A stretch of 64,000 nt of DNA from Flavobacteriales bacterium (GTDB lineage Bacteria > Bacteroidota > Bacteroidia > Flavobacteriales_F > PHOS-HE28): NCBI GenBank assembly GCA_023957375.1, contig JAMLHB010000002.1, forward strand, positions 124,812-188,811, written 5' to 3'. The notes below the pieces were generated by a model. That model did not search any database, was not told the origin of the DNA, and saw only the letters and a program-made list of their open reading frames with translations. Below, piece by piece: positions 7,818 through 17,247 of the stretch. Made by a program: the position numbers and the translations under genes. Each line of letters opens with the position of its first letter. Within the stretch, counting starts at the first letter, position 1.

Positions 7818-10652
7818 TCAAGATATGGCCCAGTGCATCGTGAACACCTCCTCCTCCATCACCCGTTGCTCCAGCTTCCCTTCTATGCCCGCGATCAGTT
7901 CATCGCGGCGGCGGTCGATGGCGTCCTGCGCCTCGAAGAGCGCACGGCGCTTGGCGTTGCGCTGTTGCTCCAGTTCGCGCATGGCCTTTTGGTAGCGCAG
8001 CTTTTCATCCAAGGTGAGCGAGGCGGCGGCGGTGCGGCGCGTGTCCTTGATCTGCTTGTCGATCTCCTTGATGTCGCGTTCCAAGGCCACCTTCTGGTCG
8101 TCGGCCCAGCCATCGAGCTTGGTGGCTTCGGCCTCGTAGTAGCTCAGGTTGCGTTGGGCCACTTCGCGTTGCACGGCTTCTTTGGCTTTCTCCAGTTCCG
8201 CGGTGAGCAAGGCGCGCTCGTATGGTGCAGTGGTTTCCTTGGCTGCGGCGTCCAAGCGGAAGAACTCCTTCAGCACGTCCGGTGGCAGCACTTCGCCCAC
8301 GGCGGTGTGGCCGGCCAGCAGCAGGTGGTCCTCGGCGGTGTCCATGCTTTCGATGGTCACGCGGCGCAAGGTCAAGAGGCCGCTTTGGCCGGTGTAGGGT
8401 TTGAGCACGCTCACGTTGCCCGCGTGCCCGGAGAGGTCGAAGACCACGTGGGCCATGGGCGTGGCGCGGTCGCGGGCGCGTTGCACCACGGTTTCCGCCA
8501 ACGGCGTGCCCATGCGGTAATCGTGAGCGGTGGGGGCTAATTGCGGCAGTTCGTATTCGCCCAAGGGCACCTCCAGGCCAAAAGGCTTGATGTGCAGGGT
8601 GAAGCGGCGTTCATCGGTGAAGGTGGCGAAGGCGGCGAGCTCGTGGCTGCTGAGTCGCATCAGCATTTTCTGGTAGCGGTCCAGGCTGGCCTCGGTGCGG
8701 CTGCCGTTGAGCATGAGCTTCTCGCGCACCTCGTCGTCGAAGTGTTCAATGAGCTGCTGGCGGGTGCGCTTCATGTCCTCGTCGATCTGGAACTGGAATT
8801 CCAACTGCAGGTCGTCGAAGGATTTCCTGATCTCCTCCTTGGTGCGGCATTTCTGGTAGATGTCCGCGATACGGCGCTCGATGTCCACGCCATTCTCCAG
8901 CGCGCCAAGCACCTCGTCACTGGCGCCGAACACGCCGTTGAAGAGCTTGAACTTCTCGCTGAGCAGTTCGAACACGCGCTCGTCGGCAGCGTTGGCCCGG
9001 TTCACGAAGTTGAGCACCACCACATCGTGCTGCTGTCCGTAGCGGTGGCAGCGGCCGATGCGTTGCTCGATCCGCTGCGGGTTCCAGGGCAGGTCGTAGT
9101 TGATGACGAGTGAGCAGAACTGGAGGTTGATGCCCTCGGCGGCGGCTTCGGTGGCGATTATGATGGTACCCTGCTCGCGGAAATAATCCACCAAGGCGCT
9201 GCGCATGTCCACCGTGCGGCTGCCGGTGATGCGGTCCGAGCCTTTGTTGGCGGCAACCCACTCCGTGTAGATGCGTTTGCTCCGCTCGTCGGTGTTGCTG
9301 CCGTTGAAGAGCAGGAGGCCGTCCCTGAATGCCGTTTTTGAAAGCAGCTCCAGCAGGTATTCCTGTGTGCGGCGGCTTTCGGTGAAAATGATGGCCTTTC
9401 GGCTTCCGCCCAGCCGTTCCGTTTCCTTGAAGGCGCGGTCCAGCGCCTTCAGCAGGGCATTGCCTTTGGCGTTGTGTTCCACGGAAATGGCCAGGTCGCG
9501 GAAGGAGCGGAGGTCGTGGAGTTCCGCTTCAATGAAGGCACGGTCCGCTTCGGTGGCCGCTTCCTCATCCTCGGGCCATTCCTCCGCACTTTCATCCAGT
9601 GCCTCGAAGTCCTCGTCCAGCGATTCGCCGAGATCCTGCAACTCCAAGGATCGCAGGATGCCTTCCAACCGGGCGATGAGCTTTTCCAACGCACCGGCAA
9701 TGGCGAAGGTGGAGGAGGCCAGCAGTTTGCGCAACACCATGGTGATGAGCGCGCGCTGGCCCTTGGGCAAGGCGGCGAGGTGCTCGCGTTGCAGGTAGGC
9801 GCCCACCAGGTCGTACAGCCGTTCTTCCTTTTCGGAGGTGACGAAGTCCTCCACCAGCGGATGCCGCGCGGTGAACTTCACGTTGAGCACTTGGCGGCGG
9901 AGTGTGCGGTGGCACACGGGCGTAAGGCGGGCCTTGAGGCTGTTGTACACGTCCTCCTCCTTCACCGAGGCGAATTGTTCGCGAAAGCTTTTATCGTCGT
10001 TGAAGACCTGCTCGTCAATGAAGCTCACCAGGCCATAGAGTTCCATCAGGGAGTTTTGCAAGGGCGTGGCGGTGAGCAGCACCTTGTCACAGCCCGAGAG
10101 AGCGTTCTTGAGCTTGTTGGCGGTCTTGTTGTCGGGCTTCCACACGTTGCGCAGGCGGTGCGCTTCGTCAATGACCACCAGGTCCCAGGGCACATCCCGC
10201 ACGTGGGCCTCCTTGCTTGCGGCGAACTGGTATGAGCAGATCACGATCTCCGGCAGCTCGAAGGGATTGGCCTTCCCTGTTTTGACCATTGCGTTGAAGC
10301 TCTTGGCCTCGAGGATGTGGCAGGGGAGGAAGAACTTCTCGCTCATCTCCTGGTGCCATTGTTTGCGCAGGTTCGCCGGGGTGATGATGAGGATGCGCCG
10401 CTTGCGTTCCGCCCAGCGTTGGCTGATGAGCAGGCCGGCCTCGATGGTCTTTCCAAGCCCCACTTCATCCGCCAGCAACGCCCCTTTGCTCAATGGGGAC
10501 TTGAACGCGAACAAGGCGGCCTCCACCTGGTGCGGGTTCAAGTGTACGCGTGCATCCACCAAGGCTGCCGCGAATTTCTCCACGCTGTCACTGGGCCATC
10601 GGCGCGTGAGTTCGTATGCGTAGTATTTGGCGTGGTAGGGGGTGAGGGACAT
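7818..10652 (-). CDS. SNF2-family helicase of the type associated with type III R-M operons
   Basis: Start MSLTPYHAKY at 10652. LNPHQ, LADEVGLGKT, DEAH, TATP, EGINLQ, YDLPWNP, QRIGRCHRYGQ, C-terminal coiled coil. Confidence 0.92.
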   Translation of the reverse strand: MSLTPYHAKYYAYELTRRWPSDSVEKFAAALVDARVHLNPHQVEAALFAFKSPLSKGALLADEVGLGKTIEAGLLISQRWAERKRRILIITPANLRKQWHQEMSEKFFLPCHILEAKSFNAMVKTGKANPFELPEIVICSYQFAASKEAHVRDVPWDLVVIDEAHRLRNVWKPDNKTANKLKNALSGCDKVLLTATPLQNSLMELYGLVSFIDEQVFNDDKSFREQFASVKEEDVYNSLKARLTPVCHRTLRRQVLNVKFTARHPLVEDFVTSEKEERLYDLVGAYLQREHLAALPKGQRALITMVLRKLLASSTFAIAGALEKLIARLEGILRSLELQDLGESLDEDFEALDESAEEWPEDEEAATEADRAFIEAELHDLRSFRDLAISVEHNAKGNALLKALDRAFKETERLGGSRKAIIFTESRRTQEYLLELLSKTAFRDGLLLFNGSNTDERSKRIYTEWVAANKGSDRITGSRTVDMRSALVDYFREQGTIIIATEAAAEGINLQFCSLVINYDLPWNPQRIEQRIGRCHRYGQQHDVVVLNFVNRANAADERVFELLSEKFKLFNGVFGASDEVLGALENGVDIERRIADIYQKCRTKEEIRKSFDDLQLEFQFQIDEDMKRTRQQLIEHFDDEVREKLMLNGSRTEASLDRYQKMLMRLSSHELAAFATFTDERRFTLHIKPFGLEVPLGEYELPQLAPTAHDYRMGTPLAETVVQRARDRATPMAHVVFDLSGHAGNVSVLKPYTGQSGLLTLRRVTIESMDTAEDHLLLAGHTAVGEVLPPDVLKEFFRLDAAAKETTAPYERALLTAELEKAKEAVQREVAQRNLSYYEAEATKLDGWADDQKVALERDIKEIDKQIKDTRRTAAASLTLDEKLRYQKAMRELEQQRNAKRRALFEAQDAIDRRRDELIAGIEGKLEQRVMEEEVFTMHWAIS

Positions 10653-10834
10653 GGATGTTGAACAAGGCCGCACAAAATACCCCGTGAGCATGGAATAGAG
10701 GGAAGTATTATTCCATAACAGGCCACACGCAGTCCATGATCGCTTCCTTATCCACGGATCCCGTCTCGACACAAAACGCCTCAGGACATAGGGTCCGTAC
10801 CCACACATTTCGTCCGACCTTCGCATCACGTCCC

Positions 10835-10901
10835 CCATGAGCTCCCTCCCCCTCCCAAACGCAAAGCACACCGCCCCTTCCCCGGCGAAACCGAGATCAG
10901 C
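10835..10901 (+). repeat. Direct repeat, copy 1 (pairs with 12864-12928)
   Basis: catgagctccctccccctcccaaacgc...caccgccccttccccggcgaaaccgagatcagc recurs at 12864-12928. Confidence 0.85.
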
Positions 10902-10988
10902 TAGCTAGCTCCACGCGCTGACAGCGGGAATGAGGGGAAGAAGTGGCTAAGCGCCATTGAACAAGATCGATCCTGAACGCCAAAATCG

Positions 10989-11897
10989 ATGGAAGAACAA
11001 GACAAGCTGGAAGCGTGGATCGACGGGATCATCGCGATCGATGGCCTGAGGGGTCCCGATGCGGTGGATGCGAAGCTGGATGCCCTTGGCTATGTAGTGG
11101 ACCGACTGAAGCGCTTACGCAAGGCCAAGGGACCCTCCTTTTCTTTCGAGCAGTACGTCCATGTGCAGCACGACGTGATCGACAACGTGCTCTTCCTGGT
11201 CCCATCGAATGTTCGCGAGGAGTTGGGCAAGGGGTTCTCGCCGGTGCAATTGCAGGTACCCTTGCTGCTCTTCCTGCTGATCCATCACCGCGACCGGCAC
11301 AACGTGCTCGACATCATTGACCTGTTCACCGGGCGGCTCGCCAACCAGTTCAAGGAGGTGGACTACAAGCGCACGGACACCGGGGTGATCCGCTGTTACA
11401 CCAACACCCGTTTCGCGGCCAAACGCTTGCGCGACTATGGCCTGCTCCGCTACACGCACAAAGAGGCGTACAAGACCTGGGAACTGTCGTTGATCGGCCT
11501 TTTGGTGGCCTCGGTCCTCTTCCACGAACGTGCCAAAAATGATGAGCCTTGGCAGATCCCCTCGAAGGAACTGAACACGGTGTCGGGCATCAGCCAAGAG
11601 ATCCTATCCGCCCTCCAGGGCGTGCATGACTACCAAGCATTCGTGGAACGGCTCAGCCGGATCTGCAAACCCCGCGCGGACCTCTTCAGCACCTTCGGGC
11701 CTGCATTGGAGCGGGCGTACAAGCTATTGCAGGGCTACGTTCAAGCGCTGGGGTCCAAAGACCTCAAGGAGGCCGAACGCCGGAAGCTCGGTCCGCGCTT
11801 CATCAAGCAACTGGAGCAAGAGGGCATTGACGACAAGTTTCATGAGGAATTCTCGCAATGCATGCAATTGGACGAGCTGGTCCGGGGGAAATTCTGA
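10989..11897 (+). CDS. Hypothetical protein with Mrr_N-like winged-helix segment
   Basis: 302-aa ORF with coherent codon usage. TDTGVIRCYTNTRFAAKRLRDYGLL...TWELSLIG resembles the Mrr N-terminal wHTH. Confidence 0.65.
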   Translation: MEEQDKLEAWIDGIIAIDGLRGPDAVDAKLDALGYVVDRLKRLRKAKGPSFSFEQYVHVQHDVIDNVLFLVPSNVREELGKGFSPVQLQVPLLLFLLIHHRDRHNVLDIIDLFTGRLANQFKEVDYKRTDTGVIRCYTNTRFAAKRLRDYGLLRYTHKEAYKTWELSLIGLLVASVLFHERAKNDEPWQIPSKELNTVSGISQEILSALQGVHDYQAFVERLSRICKPRADLFSTFGPALERAYKLLQGYVQALGSKDLKEAERRKLGPRFIKQLEQEGIDDKFHEEFSQCMQLDELVRGKF

Positions 11898-12026
11898 ACG
11901 ATGCTTGAAAACCGTCCTCTCGCAGTTCACTGTTCCGGCAGCACCACCGGTCCGGCGGCTTCGGGAGTGGCAACCAGTGAAAGCGGAGTCTGCGGCGCAG
12001 CCTATCTTTGGGTCAAAGCCAAGAGC

Positions 12027-12206
12027 ATGGTAGCGGTATTGAAACGCAACAGCCCGAAGGGTCGATTGAGCGCCGTATTGAAGCGCATGGCCCGCACAAA
12101 GCAACCGGCGTTGAAGCGCAATGGCCTGGGCCAGTTCGTGGGGGCGATCCACTTCGAAGGGGACCCGGTGAAAGTGCAAAAGGAAATGCGCCGTGAGAAG
12201 CGATAG
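12027..12206 (+). CDS. Putative VapB-type antitoxin
   Basis: 59-aa ORF overlapping the PIN gene. Ends GDPVKVQKEMRRE, like other VapB partners. Confidence 0.7.
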   Translation: MVAVLKRNSPKGRLSAVLKRMARTKQPALKRNGLGQFVGAIHFEGDPVKVQKEMRREKR

Positions 12207-12567
12207 CGTCGTGCTGGATACCAACATCGTGGTGTACCTCTTCAATGGGGACCAGCGATTGGCCGATCAGTTGGAGGAGGTGCGCCTGTTCATTTCGGCG
12301 ATGTCCCGGATCGAATTGTACAGTTGGCGGAAGGCGGCCGGTGCAGAGATCGCCTTGCTGGACAAATTCATGCAACGATGCACGCTGGTGGAGATCGACC
12401 GTGAAGTGCAGGATGCGGCGATCGCCTTGCGCCGTGCGCACAAGCTCACCGTGGCTGATGCCATCGTGGCCGCCTCCGCTCAGGTAAAAGGCATACCGCT
12501 GTTCACCGCTGACGGGGACTTCAAGCGCCTTGGCAGCGAACTGCGCGTGGTCATTTACGAGCGGTAA
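12193..12567 (+). CDS. vapC: VapC PIN-domain toxin
   Basis: VLDTNIVVY, E, DAIVAASA, LFTADGDF. Confidence 0.92.
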   Translation: MRSDSVVLDTNIVVYLFNGDQRLADQLEEVRLFISAMSRIELYSWRKAAGAEIALLDKFMQRCTLVEIDREVQDAAIALRRAHKLTVADAIVAASAQVKGIPLFTADGDFKRLGSELRVVIYER

Positions 12568-12863
12568 CTACGCGTTGTTGGCGGCGCACGAAGGCTTGGG
12601 CGAGGGTCAGGACTTTGTGATCCCCCAAACCTTCCGCGGGCGACAACGCTCGCACCCCGCTGCTCATACGCACTGCACGCCGGCACCGCTGTATCATTGC
12701 AATGATGACCATGGTCCCCGAAGAGAACAAGGTGCTGCTGGAGCATATCGCAGCCTTCATGGAAGCGCCGGGCGATGCGGCCGCCGCGAACCTGTCGCGA
12801 GCGTCCTCGCTCGTGACTTTCTCTCCCTGTTCTCCCCGTTCTCCCCGAACCTTGCAGTATCTG

Positions 12864-12928
12864 CATGAGTTCCCTCCCCCCCAAAACGCACCTCCCACCG
12901 CCCCTTCCCCGGCGAAACCGAGATCAGC
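12864..12928 (+). repeat. Direct repeat, copy 2
   Basis: Copy of 10835-10901; runs into the small Cys-containing ORF. Confidence 0.85.
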
Positions 12929-12940
12929 CGCTTCGAGCTG

Positions 12941-13186
12941 ATGCGCGTGTTCAATGGCGACGAAGCCTGGGTGAGTGAACTGGAGGAAAGCATCTTTTGT
13001 ACCTGCCCGGCCCAAACCAAGAAGCTCATCCAATACAAGGTGTTCGTCAACGACCTGAACGACCTGGTGATGCGCGGGTTGTGCAGCGGCTGCCACACCA
13101 TCGCCGCGCGCTACGTGGAGACGGGAGAGGATCCGGAGAAGGTGGAACGGATCAAGGAGGTGGTGCGGGAGCGGAAGAAGGGGTAA
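12941..13186 (+). CDS. Small hypothetical protein with CxC...CxxC (possible Zn binding); true start uncertain
   Basis: FCTC and LCSGC. The frame is open back to 12869, and an ATG at 12865 is out of frame across a poly-C run. Confidence 0.6.
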   Translation: MRVFNGDEAWVSELEESIFCTCPAQTKKLIQYKVFVNDLNDLVMRGLCSGCHTIAARYVETGEDPEKVERIKEVVRERKKG

Positions 13187-13335
13187 TGGCGATCGATCAT
13201 GACCGGTATTTTGTAGCTGCGCTGCACAATTGCAGGGAAGATCTGAAGCCCCACCGATACAAACCTTCCCCATCTTCCTGTAACACCCTTCGCCTGCCTG
13301 CGCCGGATCTTTGCATCGTCAAACACCGAAAGACG

Positions 13336-13575
13336 ATGAACACCACACCCACCGAGATCCTGCGCTTCACCACCACCGGCATCACCTGCGGGGGCTGCGC
13401 CAACAGCGCCACCACCATTCTACAGCGCCTGCCCGGCGTGGTGGCTGTGCGCGTGGATGCCGCCAGCAGCACCGCCGAGGTGGAGGTGGAACGCGGTGCA
13501 TTGGGCCTGGAGGAACTGCTCGTCGCGCTGAAGCCTGCCGGCTATGGATTGATCCCTGAAAAGACAAATGCGTGA
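13336..13575 (+). CDS. copZ: CopZ-like heavy-metal chaperone (HMA domain)
   Basis: GITCGGCA motif, LKPAGY, directly upstream of the P1B ATPase. Confidence 0.85.
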   Translation: MNTTPTEILRFTTTGITCGGCANSATTILQRLPGVVAVRVDAASSTAEVEVERGALGLEELLVALKPAGYGLIPEKTNA

Positions 13576-13682
13576 AAAGGTGAAGAAGTGAGGAAGGGAA
13601 AGTAGCCCGCTCTCATCCTTTTCACTTCTTCACCTCCGCACTTCCTCACCTCTTCACTTCTTCACCTCTTCACCTCCTCACA
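13572..13682. repeat. Octamer-periodic inverted short-repeat tract (gaagtgag / cttcacct)
   Basis: A purine-rich arm followed by pyrimidine-rich (c/t)ttcac(c/t)tc repeats between copZ and copA. Confidence 0.7.
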
Positions 13683-13684
13683 CC

Positions 13685-16003
13685 ATGACCCAGATCAAAC
13701 AAACCTTCCCCGTCACCGGCATGACCTGCGCCAGTTGCGTGCTGCACGTGGAGAAGGCGCTGAAGGCGGAACCGGGCGTGGAGGCCGTGAGCGTGAACCT
13801 GGCCACCAACACCGCGCAGGTGAGCTGGCAGGAAGGCCGCACCGACAGCCAGCACCTGCAGCAGGCCGTGCGCAACGCGAGCTACGACCTGCTGGTGAGC
13901 GATGAAGGCGACGCCGTGGCCGAGGCGGAAAAGATCCAGGCCGAACGGTTGCACGGCTTGAAGCGCAAGCTGATCGCCTCGCTGGTCTTGAGCATCCCCC
14001 TGGTGGTGATCGGTATGTTCTTGATGCACGAGCCTTGGGCGAACCTCACCATGTGGGCCTTGAGCACGCCGGTGGTGCTGCTCTTCGGCAGGCAGTTCTT
14101 CGTCAACGCCTGGAAACAGGCCAAGCACCGCACGGCCAACATGGACACGCTGGTGGCGTTGAGCACCGGCGTGGCCTATCTATTCAGCGTGTTCAACATG
14201 GCCTGGCCGGATTTCTGGACCAGCCGCGGACTGGAGCCGCACGTGTACTTCGAGGCGGCGGGCGTGATCATCACCTTCATCCTGCTGGGCAAGTTCCTGG
14301 AGGAACGCGCCAAGGCCGGCACCAGCAGCGCCATCAAGAAGCTCATGGGCCTGCGTCCCAATACGGTGCTGCGCGAGGCCGCCGACGGCAGCACGCGCGA
14401 GGTGCCCATCGCCGAGATCAACGTGGACGACCTCTTGGTGGTGCGCCCCGGCGAAAGCATCGCGGTGGACGGCGAGGTGGTGGGCGGCGAGAGCTACGTG
14501 GACGAGAGCATGCTCAGCGGCGAACCCGTGCCCGTGGCGAAGACCGCCGGTGCGCCGTTGCTGGCGGGCACCATCAACCAGAAAGGCAGCTTGCGGATGC
14601 GCGCGCAAAAAGTGGGCGCGGCCACGCTGCTGGCGCAGATCGTGCGCACCGTGCAGGAGGCGCAGGGCAGCAAGGCCCCCGTGCAGAAGCTCGTGGACAA
14701 GGTGGCGGCGGTCTTCGTGCCGGTGGTGATGGGCATCGCACTGCTCAGCGCCATCGCCTGGTGGATCTTCGGCGGCGAGCACGCCTTCACGCAGGGGCTG
14801 CTCGCGCTGGTCACCGTGCTGGTGATCGCCTGCCCCTGCGCGCTGGGCTTGGCCACGCCCACGGCCATCATGGCCGGCATGGGCAAGGGCGCCGAGAACG
14901 GCATCCTCATCAAGGACGCCGAAAGCCTGGAGCGCGCCCGCCACATCACGGCGATCGTGCTGGACAAGACCGGCACCATCACCGAAGGCAAGCCCGAGGT
15001 GCAGGAGGCCATCGGCCTGGACGATGCCGAAGCCGCAGCAGCATTGCACGCCATCGAATCAAGATCGGAGCATCCGTTGGCGGAGGCGGTGGTGCGGTAC
15101 TTGAATGCGAGTGAATGGCGAATAGTGAATGGTGAACGGACAACATCGCTCGGCACCATTCACCAATCGCCCACCACCATTCACCATTCACCAACCACCA
15201 TTCACCATTCACCAACCACCATTCACCATTCACCCATCACCGCCTTCGAATCCCTCACCGGCAAAGGCGCCACCGCCACCATCGCCGGCACTACCTGGCT
15301 CGTGGGCAACCGCCGCCTGCTGGAGGAGCACGGCATCTCCATCACCGGCGCATGGCGCGAACACGAGAAACGCTGGCAGGAACACGCCCACACCGTGATC
15401 TGGCTCGCCGACGGCAGCAACATCCGCGCGGCCTTGGCCATCGCAGACCGCATCAAGCCCACCGCCGCCGAGGCCATCGCCCGCCTGAAGAAGGCCGGCA
15501 TCAAGGTGTACATGCAGACCGGCGATGCGCGCCGCACTGCGCAGGCCGTGGCCCAGGCCGTGGGCATCGACGACTTCCGCAGCGAGGTGCTGCCCAAGGA
15601 CAAGCGCGCCTTCGTGGAGGGCCTTCAACAGCAAGGCCAGGTGGTGGCCATGGTGGGCGACGGCATCAACGACAGCGAGGCCCTCGCCAAGGCCGACGTG
15701 AGCATCGCCATGGGCAAAGGCAGCGACATCGCCATGGACGTGGCCCGCATGACGCTCATCAGCACCGACCTCAACGCCATCCCGCGCGCCATCACCCTCT
15801 CGCGCAAGACCGTCAACCTCATCCGCCAGAACCTCTTCTGGGCCTTCATCTACAACATCATCGGCATCCCCATCGCCGCCGGGGTGCTCTACCCGTTCAA
15901 CGGTTTTCTTCTGGATCCGATGATCGCGGGAGCGGCCATGGCCTTGAGCAGCGTGAGCGTGGTGAGCAACAGCTTGCGGTTGAGGTGGGCGGGGTTGGAG
16001 TGA
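13685..16003 (+). CDS. copA: Copper-translocating P1B-type ATPase
   Basis: GMTCASC, YFE, CPC, DKTGT, SEHPL, GDGIND, YN, MALSSVSV. Confidence 0.96.
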   Translation: MTQIKQTFPVTGMTCASCVLHVEKALKAEPGVEAVSVNLATNTAQVSWQEGRTDSQHLQQAVRNASYDLLVSDEGDAVAEAEKIQAERLHGLKRKLIASLVLSIPLVVIGMFLMHEPWANLTMWALSTPVVLLFGRQFFVNAWKQAKHRTANMDTLVALSTGVAYLFSVFNMAWPDFWTSRGLEPHVYFEAAGVIITFILLGKFLEERAKAGTSSAIKKLMGLRPNTVLREAADGSTREVPIAEINVDDLLVVRPGESIAVDGEVVGGESYVDESMLSGEPVPVAKTAGAPLLAGTINQKGSLRMRAQKVGAATLLAQIVRTVQEAQGSKAPVQKLVDKVAAVFVPVVMGIALLSAIAWWIFGGEHAFTQGLLALVTVLVIACPCALGLATPTAIMAGMGKGAENGILIKDAESLERARHITAIVLDKTGTITEGKPEVQEAIGLDDAEAAAALHAIESRSEHPLAEAVVRYLNASEWRIVNGERTTSLGTIHQSPTTIHHSPTTIHHSPTTIHHSPITAFESLTGKGATATIAGTTWLVGNRRLLEEHGISITGAWREHEKRWQEHAHTVIWLADGSNIRAALAIADRIKPTAAEAIARLKKAGIKVYMQTGDARRTAQAVAQAVGIDDFRSEVLPKDKRAFVEGLQQQGQVVAMVGDGINDSEALAKADVSIAMGKGSDIAMDVARMTLISTDLNAIPRAITLSRKTVNLIRQNLFWAFIYNIIGIPIAAGVLYPFNGFLLDPMIAGAAMALSSVSVVSNSLRLRWAGLE
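15108..15240. repeat. In-frame heptamer-based repeat insertion within copA
   Basis: gtgaatg-type arm followed by (accaccattcaccattcacca)n, encoding TIHQSPT-TIHHSPT-TIHHSPT-TIHHSP. Confidence 0.85.
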
Positions 16004-16032
16004 GGGGGGCAGTACATTTCCCGGAACGCCCC

Positions 16033-16857
16033 TCACTTCCCTCCGGCCAACCGCTTCAAGCCGGGATTGCCCAGCAAAGAGCGCATCTGCGTGATCGCGA
16101 TCGTGTTCAGCTGCATCAGGCGCTCCGGTTGCCGTTGGCCTTGATGGATCAGCACCGCATTGATGCTCTCCAAGTTGGACAGCACCACCAACTGCTCCAG
16201 CGTGGCATGGTCGCGCACATTGCCCTCCTTGCCGGGGTTGGCGCTCCGCCATTCCGCGGCCGTAACGCCGAAGAGGGCCACGTTCAGCAGGTCGGCCTCG
16301 CTGGCATACACGGCGCTGGTGCGCTGCCGGGTAAGCGCAGGCGGGACCAAATGCGCTTTGATCGCGTTGGTATGGATGCGGTAGTTCACCTTGGCCAGGG
16401 TGCGTTGCACGTTCCACTCCAAGCTGGCGGAACCGGCTTCCGCTTCCTTCAGCCGCTGGAACTCCGTGATCAGATAGAGCTTGAACTCGGGGCTGAGCCA
16501 GCTACCAAACTCGAACGCGATATCCTTGTGTGCGTATGTGCCCCCGTAGCGCCCGGCACGCGCCTCCATGCCTATTGCGCCAGTGGTTTCGATCCAGCGT
16601 TTGGTGGACAAGTAGAAGCTATTCCGGCCCGCCTCATTTCTAATTCCCTCGAATTCGAGGGGTTTGAAGGCGGGATTGTTCACCAGCTCCCATGCTCCGA
16701 GAAAGAGAATGGAGTCCTTGGCGCGGAGCCAATTCTCTATGAGGGCGCCACCCCCTTCAAAGCCCTTTACCATATCGGTCAGCGAGATGTAGTCCTGGCC
16801 CGGTCGGGAGATCACCGTCACCTCGGTGCCTCTCACGGTAATGCTGCGCTTCTTCAT
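16033..16857 (-). CDS. KilA-N domain protein
   Basis: Start MKKRSITVRG at 16857. DYISLTDM, GRYGGTYAHKDIAFEFGSWLSPEFKLYLI, NYRIHT, SEADLLNVALFG. Confidence 0.92.
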   Translation of the reverse strand: MKKRSITVRGTEVTVISRPGQDYISLTDMVKGFEGGGALIENWLRAKDSILFLGAWELVNNPAFKPLEFEGIRNEAGRNSFYLSTKRWIETTGAIGMEARAGRYGGTYAHKDIAFEFGSWLSPEFKLYLITEFQRLKEAEAGSASLEWNVQRTLAKVNYRIHTNAIKAHLVPPALTRQRTSAVYASEADLLNVALFGVTAAEWRSANPGKEGNVRDHATLEQLVVLSNLESINAVLIHQGQRQPERLMQLNTIAITQMRSLLGNPGLKRLAGGK

Positions 16858-16970
16858 GTCGGCTGGCCTTTGCAGGCTTCGTTTCTTCCCATCGACGGTT
16901 TTTCCGCCGATCGGCGTTTGCCCAACATACACCACACACGCGGATGCGTGCATTGCTTGATGCATGATCA

Positions 16971-17177
16971 GGGCGTGCCCCCTCGCCGCCCGCCATGCCA
17001 CGCGCGGGCCTGCCCGCCGGAGCCTTCGCGCAGGCGGGGTCGGGCCATCCGCTATAGCCCCGGCCGTCCGCGCCGCGCGGGTGGCGCTCCGGGGGCACCT
17101 CGTACCTCGGTGCCTCCTCGCTGCACACCCGCGCAAGGCGCTACCGGCCGGGGGCTGCCGCTGCTGTCCCTCACGCA
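16971..17177 (+). ncRNA. Flavo-1-like structured element, copy A
   Basis: GGGCGTGCCCC...GGGGTCGGGCCATCCGCTATA...CCTCCTCG...GGGCTGCCGCTGCTGTCCCTCACGC; the block order is shared with copies B and C. Family assignment is from memory of Flavo-1. Confidence 0.6.
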
Positions 17178-17247
17178 GCAAACCCGCAACCCATCCGCTG
17201 CCGAGCCATTATGGATTCATTGGTGTCCGGGATAACATCCCAACACC

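Noticed and set aside
7818-10652. DISARM or BREX assignment for the SNF2 operon
   Set aside because: No DrmA/DrmB/DrmC or PglZ/BrxC genes are visible; the Mod is type III-like.
12702-12941. Short ORF MTMVPEENKVLLEHIAAF...
   Set aside because: Possibly a gene fragment, but it runs into low-complexity repeats and I cannot assign a family.
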